From Eledone cirrhosa (lineage: Eukaryota), in NCBI GenBank assembly GCA_964016885.1, contig OZ024749.1, positions 56,172,001 to 56,236,000 on the forward strand: a stretch of DNA of 64,000 bases, read 5' to 3'. Numbering within the stretch: position 1 is the stretch's first letter; each line of letters opens with the position of its first letter. Shown one piece after another: positions 45,026-57,906 of this stretch. The position numbers and the translations under genes are program-made. The notes under the pieces were generated by a model. The model worked only from the letters and a program-made list of their open reading frames with translations. It did no database searches and had not been told where the DNA came from.

Positions 45026-45163
45026 GGTGGATTGGCAGTATCGGTAGAGGGTCGGACGCCATGCTTTGCAGCATAGAATTACGGCCCTTTATGGTCTGAG
45101 TTCAAATGCCGCCGAGGCTAACTTTGCGTCCGACCCTCTACCGATACTGCCAATCCAGCGCCC
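45026..45163. mobile_element. SINE A head fused to an inverted copy of its own 5' end (hairpin)
   Basis: tggattggcagtatcggtagagggtcggacgc (45028-45059) and its exact reverse complement (45126-45157). Confidence 0.9.
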
Positions 45164-45183
45164 TTCATTAACTACGTTAATAA

Positions 45184-45261
45184 TATAGAATCACGGGTAT
45201 ATTTCATCCAATGTCGTTAATTTGGTTTCAAAAGACAAGACTTAAGTGGAGAAAGGTGAAG
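45184..45261 (+). other. Possible degenerate homeobox helix-3 relic
   Basis: Frame reads RITGIFHPMSLIWFQKTRLKWRKVK against the consensus TGL-x6-IWFQNRRxKWRK. It lacks N51 and the rest of the domain. Confidence 0.3.
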
Positions 45262-45519
45262 AGTATGGATCTTCTGGCAACATTCCTGTCTCTAGACATG
45301 GAGAAGGGTTTAGACGATGGTCGAGACATTTCTTTTAATGGAAAAATAAAGAAAATAACAAGATCTGTTATGTTACTGAAATTATGTTGTGCAGCATAGC
45401 ACAGAATGGTCAGGGAGGGAGACTGATAGATGGAGAGAGAGAGAGTGAGAGAGAGACAGACCGACTGACCGAGAGAGACAGGCAGAGTGAGAGACTGACT
45501 GACCGAGAGAGTGAGAGTG

Positions 45520-45550
<31 letters not shown>

Positions 45551-46384
45551 AGAAGAAGAAGAAGAAGAAGAAGAAGAAGAAGAAGAAGAAGAAGAAGAAG
45601 AAGAAGAAGAAGGTCTGTGTTAGAAAACATTTACAACAAACAGACATTGAAATATAGAAATAAAAAGAGAAATAATGGTTAGAGAAAGTAAAATATGTCT
45701 GGTGAAATATATTGGCAAGATAAAAGACTGGAAGGTTTTCAAATTATAAAACGTTTGCAGGGATATTAAAAGCCGATTTCAGTACATAATAAAGGCATTA
45801 TTCCAATGGCTTAATTAAAAACAGTTTCTTGCTTCAATAAAGAAGCAATATGAAATCTATGATAAAGAATGTTGTGGGCAGCGACGTCTGGTGGTAGCTT
45901 TTGGAATCTTTTCACGTAACAATATTGATGATGAAAATAATGACTGCATGAAATGTCTGCAGTGTATATTACCAATAAATGTATATTTTTCATTTCAAGA
46001 TGGCTGAGTAACAACATCATCCACTTTCTCTCCCATCTATTTGCCACCCCCCCCCCCCCCCCCCCCCCGTTTTCGTCTGTATTACTCTTAACTTTTTTTC
46101 CTTCACTTTCCAAAATATCCTCTCTCCTTTTTTTCTCTATATTCCAAGGAAGAACTAGCGTCCGAAACTTTAACACTCTTTTCCCAGCCCTATCAAATGT
46201 TGAATTAATATATCCTCATTGTAATATATTGTTTCCCTTGCAGACTTTTCTTCGAAGGCTTTTCTACGTAGAAAATATAGTTTACTCTATCCACCAGTAT
46301 TGAGCAGTTTTCAGTTAATGTTTGAATGCGTTAAATACTAGGGTATTTTTAAACGGATACACAAACATTATTTATATATATGTG

Positions 46385-46550
46385 TGGATTGGCAGTATCA
46401 GTAGAGGGTCTGACGCCCTGCTTTGCAACATAGAATTACGTTCCTTTATGGTCTGAGTTCAAATCCCGCCGAGGTTAACTTAGGGGTCGATAAAATAAAG
46501 TACCAGTAATACACTGGAATAATTGCTGGCCTTGTGCCAAAAGTAGAAAC

Positions 46551-46553
<3 letters not shown>
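46385..46553 (+). mobile_element. SINE A with a short internal deletion
   Basis: A box, B box, body and tail present. Confidence 0.88.
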
Positions 46554-46603
<50 letters not shown>

Positions 46604-47010
46604 TAAAAAACACACACACGCACACATACATATATGACTTCCTTTCCTTATCTTATCTCTCTCTCCCACTTTCTCCCCCAGTTTTCCACTCACCAATATT
46701 TCAATCCTTTATCTCACTTACTATACCTCCATTTTCATTTCCTCATAATTTCCTTCCAATGTATTTTTTATATCATGCTTTACATTAGCAACAGTCAGTT
46801 TCATATTAAATATGTATATTGGGAAACTATAGCTCCAAAACACATCTTTCAACTCACACTGACAAATTCGTACACATACACACCATAGAACCATGCGCCA
46901 TACATATATATACATTCATAAATACATTTATATATATATACACACACTCACACATATATACATACATAGACACACACACACACATGTCAAAATTTATAAA
47001 ACACACTTCG

Positions 47011-47073
47011 TATTTTATCTGATGAAAGCGTACCAAAATTTTGGTACCCTTGAAATATATATATAATAGAATA
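47011..47073 (+). ncRNA. Type I hammerhead ribozyme motif
   Basis: Stem I TATTTTAT/ATAGAATA; CTGATGA 47019-25; stem II AAGCGTACCAA/TTGGTACCCTT; GAAA 47052-55; (AT)n stem III; AUA cleavage site at 47065. Confidence 0.85.
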
Positions 47074-47087
47074 AATATGGTTTTATA

Positions 47088-47139
47088 AATATAGTTTCCA
47101 TTTATTTAATATCATTGTATATATATGTGTGTGTGTATG

Positions 47140-47173
<34 letters not shown>

Positions 47174-47236
47174 AATATATATAAAAATATAGTTTCCATT
47201 TATTTAATATCATTGTATATATATGTGTGTGTGTAT

Positions 47237-47271
<35 letters not shown>

Positions 47272-47335
47272 AATATATATAAAAATATAGTTTCCATTTA
47301 TTTAATATCATTGTATATATATGTGTGTGTGTATG
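47088..47335 (+). repeat. 98-bp tandem triplication of the sequence just downstream of the HHR
   Basis: aatatagtttccatttatttaatatcattgtata at about 47088, 47186 and 47284. Confidence 0.85.
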
Positions 47336-47729
47336 TATATATATATATATATATATATAAATATATATATAAATATATATATATACATATATATATATAT
47401 ACATATATATATATATGTATGTATATATATATATATGGCAATCGATACAAATAAAAGCCCACACAAGCACAGAAACGAAGTCTATATTGAAGGCAACACT
47501 GACATGGCGTGGTTCACAGTTAAGGCGAATATTTTAAACAAATATTGTGTTTCGCGGTATTTTAAGCTGTCAGTATATAACAAACACCTCGGTATGGGTG
47601 TAAGAATGTTGTATATACACACACATATATATGTATGTATGTATGTATGTATGCATGCAAGCATCCAAATGTGTGTATGTGTCTGTATGTATATATATAT
47701 ATATATATATGTAAATATATATATATATG

Positions 47730-47866
<137 letters not shown>

Positions 47867-48260
47867 GTGTATATATATAACTCTCTCTCTCTCTCTGCAT
47901 GTATGTATGCTTGCATACATACACACATACATATATATATATATATGTGTATATATATATATATACATACATATATTTATATATATATATATATATATAT
48001 ACATAGATATGCGAAGGTGTCTGTATGCGTGCCTGTGTGTATGTGCGTGTGCTCGCCAAGGGGAAGATGTGTGTATGTGTGTATATACACAGAGATAACA
48101 TCTGGAGAAGACTTCTCGGTATAGGAGATATAATCCGAGTAGCTGCAAGGTCCATTCGGCACCAGGGAGACTTGCAAACTAACCAGCCCCTCTAACATAC
48201 TCCTACATACATTAACATATATTACACACACACACACTCTCTCTCTCTCACACACACACG

Positions 48261-48291
<31 letters not shown>

Positions 48292-48788
48292 CACAGACAC
48301 ACATTACACACACACACACACATACATATATATATTTATATACATATACATGTATTTATATATTAGGTGTGTATGTGTATGTGTGTGTATACATATATGT
48401 GTGTATATATATATATAATTAGTGTGGGATGCTTAATGCAACTACTAATAAACCTTTGTTCGTACTTCCTCTGTTTTGTTCCCGTTCAATTTGTTACTAT
48501 ATAATATATATATAACTCTCTCTCTCTCTCTTCCCCTCTCTCCCCTTGCTTCTACCACCACCACCTCTTTACTACAACCTATTGCCTCTTTCCCCCTCCC
48601 TAAATCCTTCGTTTTATCCTTCCCTTCTTATCTCTGATCTTTCACTAACCATCACGTGACCTACAACCAAGGGCTCGTTTATTTTTTTGTTTATTTTTAA
48701 TTTTTTTTTTTTTACTCGTATCGTAATTTGGACAAGGGCAAGTACGTGTCTGAAGGGACTAGTTCATTATTAGTGTGTTTTACTCTCT

Positions 48789-48826
<38 letters not shown>

Positions 48827-49545
48827 CACACACACACACCACACACACACACGCCATCCACGCACACAACAAGATCAGCCCTGTCGAAATAGAGCAATGA
48901 ACCAAAATAGTTTCTTTATGACCATCATACTCCATTAGTTGGCGACAAGCTGGGAATAACGGTGAGAAAGCGTCACTTGCTGTGTAGTTAGTTACTATGA
49001 TGATATCTATATGTCTTTCACACAATCTCTTTTTCTCTGTCTGTCTGTCTATCTATCTCCCTCATCACTTTCTCTCTCTCAACATTTCGTATGTTAGTTA
49101 AATTTCGGATAACGAACTGCTTTCAGGAACAAAGTAAGTTCGAGAACCGAGGTTCCCCTATATACACACTTCTCTATCTTACACACGTCGAAGTCTGCTA
49201 TATATAAATGATATATAAATGATATATTACAAAACTGAATATAGATTTGAGTGATACTTTTTGATATAGAATCAGAAATAGAATATTGTTCGTACATAAA
49301 AAAAAACATGGACATCATTGTCGTGTACAGTTCACAGGTCACATGTCAGAGATTATAGGTCACATGACCAAAGTAGTAATAGTAGTAGTGGAAGTAGGAA
49401 GAGAAGGGTTCAAAGTTATTCGACAAATTTTGACTTCCTGTGATTTATTGACATCCGTCTACCGCATTTCCTGTCTAACTGTCTGAGAAAATACCGAACT
49501 ATTGATCGAGCCACTTGTCTATCAATCTCTGTCGCTCTCTCTCTC

Positions 49546-49603
<58 letters not shown>

Positions 49604-49780
49604 ATATATATATATGAGTGTGTGTGTGTGTGTGCATACATATATATGTGTGTGTATATAGATACATATATATTAGTATGTGTAATATATATATAACGTA
49701 CATTACTTTGATAACTTTGATAGGTTTCGGCCAGTATTGGCCCAGGCCATGTCTAACTTAATAGCCCCTATGTATATATA

Positions 49781-49837
<57 letters not shown>

Positions 49838-49839
<2 letters not shown>

Positions 49840-50022
49840 CCAAAAGTTAAACAAGGTTCATTGATTAATCAATGAATGTAGTTTTATAATAGATTAGAAG
49901 CACTCAACTGTAAAGGTTTTCTGGAGTTATTAATATTAATTCAAAATATTAATAAATATAAACATTCATGTTATCAAATATATTTGATCACATGAATGTC
50001 TATATTTATTAATATTTTGAAT
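49838..50022 (-). mobile_element. 3' end of the 60836-61030 family with a terminal fold-back (49939-50022), inside (TA)n
   Basis: Reverse complement ttaatattttgaattaatattaataact..gaaaacc..gttgagtgcttc.aatctatt.taaaact..tgaaccttgtttaac matches 60930-61025. Confidence 0.82.
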
Positions 50023-50050
50023 ATATATATATATATATATATATTCTCCA

Positions 50051-50165
50051 GAAAGTCATCTGACGAGTTGTCACTATAGATTTATATATAAGTTAGACAC
50101 TCTTGAATGCCGGCTGCCAAATTTTGGTAGCTGGAACTCCGGCAAGAAATAGCTATAATACTTTC
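50051..50165 (+). ncRNA. Type I HHR motif with about 80-nt stem II domain
   Basis: gaaagtcat-CTGACGA(50060)-g-TTGTC...GGCAA-GAAA(50146)-TAGCTA-TA-atactttc; internal hairpin ccggctgccaa/ttggtagctgg. Confidence 0.7.
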
Positions 50166-50174
50166 CATAATAAT

Positions 50175-50490
50175 AGTTTCTGATTTAGTGACAAAGTCAA
50201 TAATTTTTATTTTTTTTGTGGGGGGGGGGGTGAATGTCGATTATATAAACTCCAATGCATTACTGGTACTTTATTTTATCGACCTCGTAAGAATGAAAGG
50301 CAAAGCTAACTTTATCAAGATTTTAACTCAGTACTTTAAATCGACTCATCCCTCCTCGAGGTATGACTTTGCCTTTCATCCTTACCGGGTTGATCAAATA
50401 AAGTACCAGTATTACACTGGGGTCGATTTAATCGATTTTACCCTCCCCAAAAATTATTGGTCTTGTGTCTAAATCAGAAACCATTATTGT
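50175..50490. mobile_element. Two SINE A 3' halves, divergently oriented (- 50175-50330, + 50355-50490)
   Basis: Body and tail motifs on both strands. Confidence 0.8.
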
Positions 50491-50550
50491 TATCTTGTCT
50501 TATTTAATGTGTACATTCTCTATATACATACATACATAATATTTATATAC

Positions 50551-50594
<44 letters not shown>

Positions 50595-50611
50595 TTCACA
50601 TTAATATATAT

Positions 50612-50686
<75 letters not shown>

Positions 50687-51409
50687 GATGTGCAGTTTTA
50701 AGCCTTTCGTTTCGACTTTTAAAAATGTTATTGAGAAAATTTTTCCTATTATATGGGTCGTTCCTCGAAGCAATATATTCTGACCTACACACATGGAAAG
50801 TTTACTCCAGAAGTTCTTTGATTTTCTACTTTGTTTCACACTCCATTGCTTCCCACCAACGCTCCAATAAATACAGAATCTCTTCTTGTGTCCGTATCCC
50901 ACAACTTTGATCTGTCTTCTATTTCTAGATCTTTATATTTGAAGAGTTGTTCACCATCATTTATTGAAATGTTATAGGCTACTAACTGAGAGAAATCCTC
51001 GTCAGTCGTCAATAAGTGTACCAGACGAGGCCATCTTGTATTTTATTATAACGATATCAGAGCAGTCTCTCTCTCCCTCTCTCTCTATTGCCTCGTCATG
51101 TGTGTGTGTGTGTCTGTATAACATGCTGTAACTGCTAATGTATCATCTACAATTGTGTGTGTGTGTGAGAGAGTGTGTGAGAGGTTGTGTGTATGTGTGT
51201 GTGAGAGAGAGAGAGAGTATGTATGTTTGTGTGAGTCTGTGTGTGTATTTACATTTACCACAAAGTCACAGCAGTTTCGTTCTCCACAATTGATTCTGCA
51301 TATATTTACATATTCTACAAATCACACCAGCTACATTTTACACAATAGCCTGTGAAGTATACGTCTATACCGGATAGCATTCATTCACTTTATATATACG
51401 GTGTCATGT

Positions 51410-52215
51410 GATGGAAGATCGGTAGAGCACCTGGCAAAACACAATGTGGTATTTCGCTGCGTCCTTTTATATTCAAAGTTCAAAATCCCGCCCAAGTTCA
51501 CTTTGATTTCCATCATTCCTAAATCAATAGTATAAATATTTTGATCAATGTAATGAATTAAACCACAGAAACTGATTCCCTTTAATGGCCACAACACAAT
51601 GACGGTAATTATTTTATCGATCTGAGACAGATGAAAAGCAAAGTTGATCTCGGTGAGATTTGAACTCAGTACGTCGAGTACGAGAACGAATACTGTAACA
51701 CATCATTATACCTGACGCTCTACCAATCCACCGCTGTTGTCAAAACAAAAAGGCTTTGTCATTTATGCACAAAGCTTGGGGTTTGTCAATTTGTGGCAAA
51801 GAGAAAGTCTATCTCGTCAACGCCAATATATGACTGGTACATTATCGAAGGATGAGAGAGAAAAAGCTTTGGTATAGGGTAGGCGGGAAGATGTGAATTC
51901 AGAAGGTAAAGGGCAGCTACTAAATACCAAGAGACATATTCTCCGGCGCTCTATCAATTCCACAAATCCATTGTCAAAAAAAAAATCTTATTAAGAACAA
52001 GAGTGATTGCAATTTGTGGAGCGAGGAGAAAGTATATTACATTAACCCCAATACATGACTGGTACTTTATTTTATCGACACCGAAACGATGGGAAAGAAG
52101 CAAAGTTGACATCAGGTAGGAGATCTCGAGATTTGAATTGATAACGTAACAGAGCAACAACTAAATACCAGGAAACATGTTGATCGGCGCTCTACCTATT
52201 CAAATTATCCACCGA
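51410..52215. mobile_element. Cluster of four old SINE A copies (one +, three -)
   Basis: Repeated gatttgaactcag, cgctctacc and ttttatcga motifs. Confidence 0.65.
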
Positions 52216-52601
52216 CCTTATATTGTCAAAAATAATAATCAATACTATAACATAAATTATACATTTTTATGCGTAAACTCATTCCAATATCTGTTCTTTA
52301 TTTTATTTTATTTGGCTTTTTGGGGTATTTCTTCGTCTTCGATTTCTTTTGGGTTTTTCTATTTGAGAATTTACATCTAATTTTAGTTGGTTTCTATAGT
52401 ACGATCTGAAGAGATGTCTAAATCCTCAAGAGAGGCATAAACAGCAATACTCCCTAGCAGAAAGACATGCTTACTTTTCACTTCTATTTTCTTTCTATAC
52501 AGACGACCCGATTTTGTAAAGTCCAAAAAAGACAGCTGAAAATAAATTGTCTTAGGTGAAGGCGAGTTATTTGTCAGCCGTTTCACTGTAGGGTGCGTAT
52601 G

Positions 52602-52633
<32 letters not shown>

Positions 52634-52684
52634 GGTATGTGTGCGTGTATAAATATATATATATAAACATAAATATACATAAAA

Positions 52685-52734
<50 letters not shown>

Positions 52735-52948
52735 ATGCATATATATATATATATACAAACATATATATGTGCATTGTTATAAACATCTATATTTAAAAGT
52801 ATGTAACAAATCATGCTTTATATATTCATTTTATATATATATCTTTTATATTTACGCGTTTTATTACTTGTTTTGTATATAGAGCAATAATTTATACACC
52901 ACTATAATGAATAATACGATATTTGTATATATGGTTGTATATATATAA

Positions 52949-53018
<70 letters not shown>

Positions 53019-53258
53019 GTGAAAGAGAGAGAGAGAAAATGATGAGAGAGATAATATGGAGAGATGAGAGATGTAAAGAGAGAAATTGAGAGAGATGGAG
53101 AGGGAGAGAGATGGAGAGAGAGAGAAAGAGACCGAGAAGTAATGGTGGATGGAAGAATCGGTTTGGTATTTAGTTAGATTCTTTTCTTCAGACAAACCTA
53201 CATAAGTATTGTTTAGTCATGAGTTCTGACTTATTCACTGCGACGTATAAACCACACA

Positions 53259-53350
53259 TGTAGTGTGTGTACAGCGTCTATAGTGTGTAGTGTGTGTACA
53301 GCGTCTATAGTGTGTAGTGTGTGTACAGCGTCTATAGTGTGTAGTGTGTG
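53259..53350. repeat. 27-bp minisatellite, about 3 units
   Basis: gtagtgtgtgtacagcgtctatagtgt repeated. Confidence 0.85.
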
Positions 53351-54154
53351 TCGTCTATAGTGTCTGTACTGTGTCTATAGTGTGTATGTGTATATATATA
53401 TAGTATATATATATAGTATATATATATATATACAGTGTATGTGTGTATAGTATGATAGTATGTATATATATAGTATATATATATGTACACAGTGTATGCG
53501 TGTATAGTATTATAGTATGTGTAAATATATATAGTATATATATATATATATACAGTGTATGTGTGTATAGTATTATAGTATGTGTGTATATATATATACA
53601 CAGTAGTATGTGTATATATAGTATGTGTGTATATATAGTATATATATATACACAGTGTATGTAGGTTATCTGAAAGCTCTAAACAACCGTACGTTATAAC
53701 TGTTTGTATTACGGCGTCCTTTAAACATCCTGTCGCCATGTTTGTCTTCCCTATTTTAGCGATGTTTTCTCCACATCATTTAATGTTTGTCTAACTATTT
53801 CTAGTTGAACATCTTAGAAGTGTAAATAAGTGTGTATATAAATGTGTTGCTGCCTTTACATCTCTCTGTATTTATATGTGTGTGTGTGTTTGTGTATCTA
53901 CTTGTGTGTGTGTATATATATATATATATTTATTTCTAGTTGAACATCTTAGAAGTGTAAAAAAGTGCGTAGTGATGTGTTGCTGCATTTACTTCTCTGT
54001 GTGTGTATGAGGCGTGTGTGTGTCTCCTTGTGTGTGTGTGAGTTCTTCATACGGATTGGACACTACCGTAAACTCTTGGTAGATTTATCTACATATATAT
54101 ATATATATATATATAAGGAACTATATATATGCTCACAATAATTTCTATACTTTC

Positions 54155-54220
<66 letters not shown>

Positions 54221-54267
54221 CCTTGACTGCAACAAATACTACTAGATTGTCAACAGAAGCTGATCAG

Positions 54268-54285
54268 CAACGCCCTCTGGTGAGG
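54268..54285 (-). promoter_or_regulatory. Candidate CTCF-binding motif
   Basis: Minus strand cctCACCAGAGGGCGttg is close to the CCACCAGRGGGCGC core. Confidence 0.35.
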
Positions 54286-54364
54286 TGTTTCTATGGCAGG
54301 ACACTTTTAACCCCCCAAGGTTCGAGATGAATGCTTCGCTGAATCGAATAATTCCTGTGGTTCT

Positions 54365-54390
54365 GTAGTAGTAGTAGTAGTAGTAGTAGC

Positions 54391-54444
<54 letters not shown>

Positions 54445-54472
54445 AGTAGTAGTAGTGGTAGTAGTAGTAGTG

Positions 54473-54520
<48 letters not shown>

Positions 54521-54595
54521 ATAGTAGTAGTAGTAGTAGTAGTAGTAGTGGCAGTAGTTGTAGTAGTGGCAGTAGTTGTAGTAGTGGCAGTAGTT

Positions 54596-54628
<33 letters not shown>

Positions 54629-54661
54629 ATGGTAGTAGTGGTGGTGGTAGTAGTAGTAGTG

Positions 54662-54709
<48 letters not shown>
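54365..54709. repeat. (GTA)n trinucleotide repeat
   Basis: Direct reading of the sequence. Confidence 0.97.
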
Positions 54710-54800
54710 CGTATGTACATATGTATTATAGCAGCACTACGACAAGAGATATGTTTTTAGCTTTTTGTAGAAGAAAATATAATAATGTGTGTGTGGGGAG

Positions 54801-55158
54801 GACGAGGGTGGCGAGACAGAGGGTGGCGAGGCCGAGGGTGGCGAGGTCGAGGGTGGCGAGGCCGAGGGTGGCGAGGTCGAGGGTGGGGAGGCAGAGGGTG
54901 GCGAGGCCGAGGGTGGCGAGGCCGAGGGTGGCGAGGCCGAGGGTGACGAAACTGAGGGTGACGAAGCCGAGGGTGGCGAGAACGAGGGTGACGAAGCCGA
55001 GGGTGGCGAGAACGAGGGTGGCGAGGCCGAGGGTGACGAAGCCGAGGGTGGCGAGGCCGAGGGTGACGAGGCCGAGGGTGACGAGGCCGAGGGTGACGAG
55101 GCCGAGGGTGGCGAAAGCCGAGGGTGGCGAGACAGAGGGTGGCGAGGTCGAGGGTGGG
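54801..55158. repeat. GC-rich 15-bp minisatellite (gagggtggcgaggcc), about 24 units
   Basis: Strict period 15; source of the ARPRV, EGGEA and SASPP ORFs. Confidence 0.95.
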
Positions 55159-56636
55159 GTGGCAGATATAGCAATACCTTCCTCTATTTAAATTCATTGC
55201 ACAATTTTAACGGAGTTTGGTTTGTTGATGTTGTTGTTGTTTTGTCACTTACCGAGGCAAGCATGTTCAGAATTTTGTGGGGGACGAATGTATCACCCCT
55301 CTCCTTAGATCAGATATCAGATCGACTGAGATCAAGGAATATAGCAGCACTTCAGTTCTGGAAATCTCCAAGAAAAACTGCCAAATTATCAGCATGATCG
55401 TATCTCCTTCTGCTTCCTCCTCCAATCTCTTATCGTTTGCCCACTTCAAATAACTTAGTCACACCTCTCAGATCAATTGCTGAGCCTGTCTAGAACAAAT
55501 CAATGCTAAAATACACAGCACCATCTTCACCATAACTTTCCTCCACCCTCCCTCCACCCTTCCTTCTCCTCCTTTACCTCATCACCATCATCATCATCAT
55601 CATTATCTCATCCTCATCCGTACCGTCATTTACCAATGTTATCACCACCATCGTCATCACCATCATCATCATCATCATCATCACCACCACCATCGCCATC
55701 ACCATCATCATCGCCATCATCACCATCGCCATCACCACCATCCCATCACCATCACCACCGTCAACTTCATCTCTTCTGTCATCTCCACCACCATCACTAT
55801 CACCACAGCCACCACCACCATCAGAACCTTTACTACCACCACCACCATCAACTCTATCAACACCACCACCACCACCACCACCATCTCTATCAACACCACC
55901 ATCACTATCGTCACCACCCAGTACACCATCACCAAACCACCCCTTCCTCCTATCTGTCATAATACTCATATCTACAACCACTACTACTACCACCACCACT
56001 ACCACTACCACTACTACTACCACTACGACTACCAACATTCAACCAATCTCTAAACTACCACACCACCCTACTCTATCCCTCGACACAACCACCATCACCA
56101 TAATTCCCACCTTCCGCCATAACCCCTACCACCACCACAACTACCCCCACCACCACTACCACCTCCACAACTACCCCCCCCCCCACCCCACCACCACCAC
56201 CACTACCTACCACCACTACCATCATTATTTTCTGTGTCCTCCTTTTCTACTCCCACCCCCACCCCCACCCCACAACCTCCCCCAACTATATACCCCTCCT
56301 CCGCTACCCCCCTTCCCCTCCCTTCACATGTAATTAATTACTTTTGTCGAGTTCACTGTAATACATTGTTTTGTCGTTTATTTTCTGATATGTTTTATTG
56401 ATTTTTAAAAAAACAGTTTGATAGTCGGGGTGGGGATGGGGGGGGATGGGTGTGGTAGAGGTGAGGTGGGGGAGGGGGGGGGGGCTATTTTCCTTCTAAT
56501 AAACGAAGTTACTCAAAGATTTGGTTGAGGTATCGACAAATCGATCATAGATTATCTTTCTTTCCAAATTGCCTTACTAACCTATTCGCTAAAATGTCAA
56601 GAAATATAAAAAAAATTGTTAGTGAGTGCGAACTAC

Positions 56637-56912
56637 TGTTGTTGATGTTATTGTTGTTGTTGTTGTTGTTGTTGTTGATGATGTTGTTGTTGTTGTTATT
56701 GTAGTTGTTGTTGATGTTATTGTAGTTGTTGTTGATGTTGTTGTTGATGTTATTGTAGTTGTTGTTGATGTTATTGTAGTTGTTGTTGTTGTTGTTGTAG
56801 TTGATGATGATGATGTAGTTGATGATGATGATGTAGTTGTTGTTAGGCCACATGTCAGTCCTGATCGAGTAGATCTACGGTCAAAAGTTTTCCAGCCATA
56901 ACCATCCCATCC
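56637..56912 (-). mobile_element. 3' end of a SINE-like repeat with an expanded (AAC)n tail
   Basis: gtcagtcctgatcgagtagatctacggtcaaaagttttccagccataaccatccc resembles 2900-2975; adjoins a 200-bp (GTT/GAT)n tract. Confidence 0.65.
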
Positions 56913-56924
56913 GGTAAATAATGG

Positions 56925-57090
56925 TTTTTCATTTAGGCACAAGGCCAACAGTTTGTTTTGGGAGGATTTTTTGTGGGGCGGGCGGGAGTCGATTAGACCG
57001 ACCCTAGTGCCCCTGACTGGTATTTTATCGACTCTGTAAGAACGAAAAGCAAAATTAACTTCGGTGGGATTTGAACCCAGGACGTGAACG
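56925..57090 (-). mobile_element. SINE A 3' part
   Basis: tttaggcacaaggcca..ttttatcgac..gggatttgaacc. Confidence 0.75.
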
Positions 57091-57528
57091 GAGGTAATTG
57101 TCAATCCCGTCCTACATAATACAGGACCAACTGTGCCCTTTCTTTCATAAATAAGACAGCCAGATTTTATTTAAAGAAAGTTTGGCAACTATTTAGGGCA
57201 GGTCGAACGACCATCAAACGTATTTCTTTGTATGAAATATGGATCTTCTGCTGATATCGACGATGGGCATTTCCTCTTTTTGATCAACTGAACTTCTTTC
57301 TGGTAAATTGGTTGGAAAGACATGACCAGTACAATTATTGTCCAATAGTCCGTTGTGACCCGCTCAAATAGCTCTCTTGCATTAGAGATTATTAGTGTCA
57401 TAGGAAGTGTGGTAGAGTGTTATAAAGAGTCCGAAACTACAAAAACATCCAGTAGATAGCTGATGAGTGAAAATTCCCCATATGACTGTTCTTCGTTTTT
57501 CCGTAGTGCATATACTGCTGTTATCTTC

Positions 57529-57640
57529 GGTGGCTGAGTGGTTAGAGAATTGGATTCGCAATCGTGAGGTTGTGAGTTCGATTCTCGGACCGGGCGATGC
57601 GTTATGTCCTTGAGCAAAGCACTTTATTTCACGTTGCTCC
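57529..57640 (+). mobile_element. tRNA-derived SINE family B head and core
   Basis: A box TGGCTGAGTGG (57531), B box GAGTTCGATTC (57574), then tgtccttgagcaaagcacttt (CORE-like). Confidence 0.75.
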
Positions 57641-57834
57641 TTCTACCTGGAGTTGTGACTGATAGATAGTATTAGCAATTGGAAAGACCTATGGAAACAT
57701 TGTTTCCTCGGTCCGATTTGACGAAAGTCGATCGTTCCTTTTTATATATATATTAAATATATATATATATATATTCGTGTGTGCATATTCATACATGTGT
57801 GTGAGTGTATATAACTAAATATATATATGTGTGT

Positions 57835-57906
<72 letters not shown>

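Noticed and set aside
49105-49160. Tigger/pogo-like TIR (ttcgagaaccgaggttcc)
   Set aside because: Only one degenerate end is seen and no matching partner was found nearby.
52406-52445. CTGAAGA-g-ATGTCT..AGGCAT-aaac hammerhead-like string
   Set aside because: Lacks G12 and has no stem I or III; at most a decayed relic, so not counted.
54721-55397. Acidic EGGEA or basic ARPRV repeat proteins
   Set aside because: The 15-bp array is open in multiple frames on both strands, with no coding evidence.
57529-57600. tRNA gene
   Set aside because: A and B boxes are present but the acceptor stem is not convincing, and it continues into a SINE core.
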